Origin: Pecten maximus
Taxonomy: Eukaryota
Assembly (NCBI RefSeq): GCF_902652985.1
Contig: NC_047027.1
Location: 32,364,001-32,428,000, forward strand
Reading direction: 5' to 3'
Length of the DNA: 64,000 bases
The notes under the pieces were generated by a model. The model made no database searches, was not told the DNA's origin, and saw only the letters and a list, made by a program, of their open reading frames with translations. Positions 63,025 through 64,000 of the stretch are shown here, piece after piece. Position 1 is the first letter of the stretch. Every line of letters starts with the position of its first letter. A program made the position numbers and the translations under genes.

Positions 63025-64000
63025 TTGGTTGTGACGTTTGACATTTTCTTTTTAATAAACCTTTTTTATATATGGCTTTTATTAAACCTCCTAGCATTGC
63101 CAGATGATTGTGTGTGTTTGCATGTTTTTGATAGCAAATGACAGACCTGTAGGGTAGGCCAGTCTATACTGTACTGCACCGTAAGCTTAACTGTTACAAC
63201 AAGTCTGTAGGCCTACTCTAGTACAGTAACGGAGTTATATGTTCGCTCAGATGAAATGTCTTATCTTTTAACCGTGTAGCCCTATTGGTTTATAGCTAAT
63301 ATGATATTTTTATTTTAGAATGTGTGTCATTTTGATTTTTTATAGTAAAATCCAACGTCTCAAAACCGACACCGACGATATAATAAATCTAAGGCCAGGA
63401 CTGTCAGATGAAAACACACGACGTTATAAGAGTCGCCCCCCTTGAACGCAGATATCTCCGCACGCGTGAAATGCTATGTAAGGAAGATTTTTCTCTCATA
63501 TCTCGCCATGTTGGATAGAGTTTGCCCATGTAAGATAGCTATGTAAGATAAATCTATCTTACATAGCATTTCACGCGCGCGGAGTAATCTCCGTTCAAGG
63601 GGGACAACTCTCACAACGTCGTCTGCTTGTGTTTACACCCGACAATCCTTATCGTCGGTGTCGGTTTTGAAACGTTGGACTTAACTATAAAAATACATAC
63701 ATTCTTAGATAAATATATATCATATCAGCAGTAAACCAATAGGGCTACACGGTTAAACGATTAGACATTTCATCGGAGCGAACATATAACTCCGTTACTG
63801 TAGACTAGGCCTAACGGTTACAGGCCTGTTGTAACAGTTACTGCAGTACAGTACAGTAACAGACTGGCCTACCCGACAGATTTGTCATTTGTCATTAAAA
63901 CAATGTAAACACACACAATCACCTGGCAATGACAGGAAGTAAGATAAAAGCCATACATAAAAAAAATATAAAAAAGAAAATGTCAAACATCACAACCTAT
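63025..64000. repeat. Long inverted repeat with ~460-bp arms, running to the window end
   Basis: 63025-63490 pairs with 63550-64000, e.g. ccgtgtagccctattggttta / taaaccaatagggctacacgg and aaaaccgacaccgacgata / tatcgtcggtgtcggtttt. Confidence 0.9.

Overview
Eukaryotic, AT-rich, intron- and repeat-rich genomic DNA, most likely from a bivalve mollusc (inferred from the SINE, Helentron-like and MITE repertoire). Four spliced protein-coding genes can be assembled by hand with GT-AG junctions and consistent phases. (1) + strand, 2924-4956: a 452-aa ATP-grasp ligase matching only the C-terminal half of carnosine synthase (CARNS1). (2) - strand, 12090-33881: a 20-exon, 702-aa NBD-TMD half ABC transporter of the ABCH / ABCG20-23-like type. 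(3) - strand, 38287-42617: a 5-exon, 380-aa uncharacterised protein with a complete PD-(D/E)xK restriction-endonuclease-like motif set; this is the most interesting candidate. (4) - strand, 49755-52798: a 434-aa SLC16 monocarboxylate transporter. The rest is decayed LINEs, tRNA-derived SINEs, MITEs, Helentron-associated elements, a Crypton tyrosine-recombinase remnant, long palindromes and many minisatellites. Several intronic minisatellites appear to be amplified copies of the adjacent exon/splice-site junction. All calls come from manual reading; no database searches were run.
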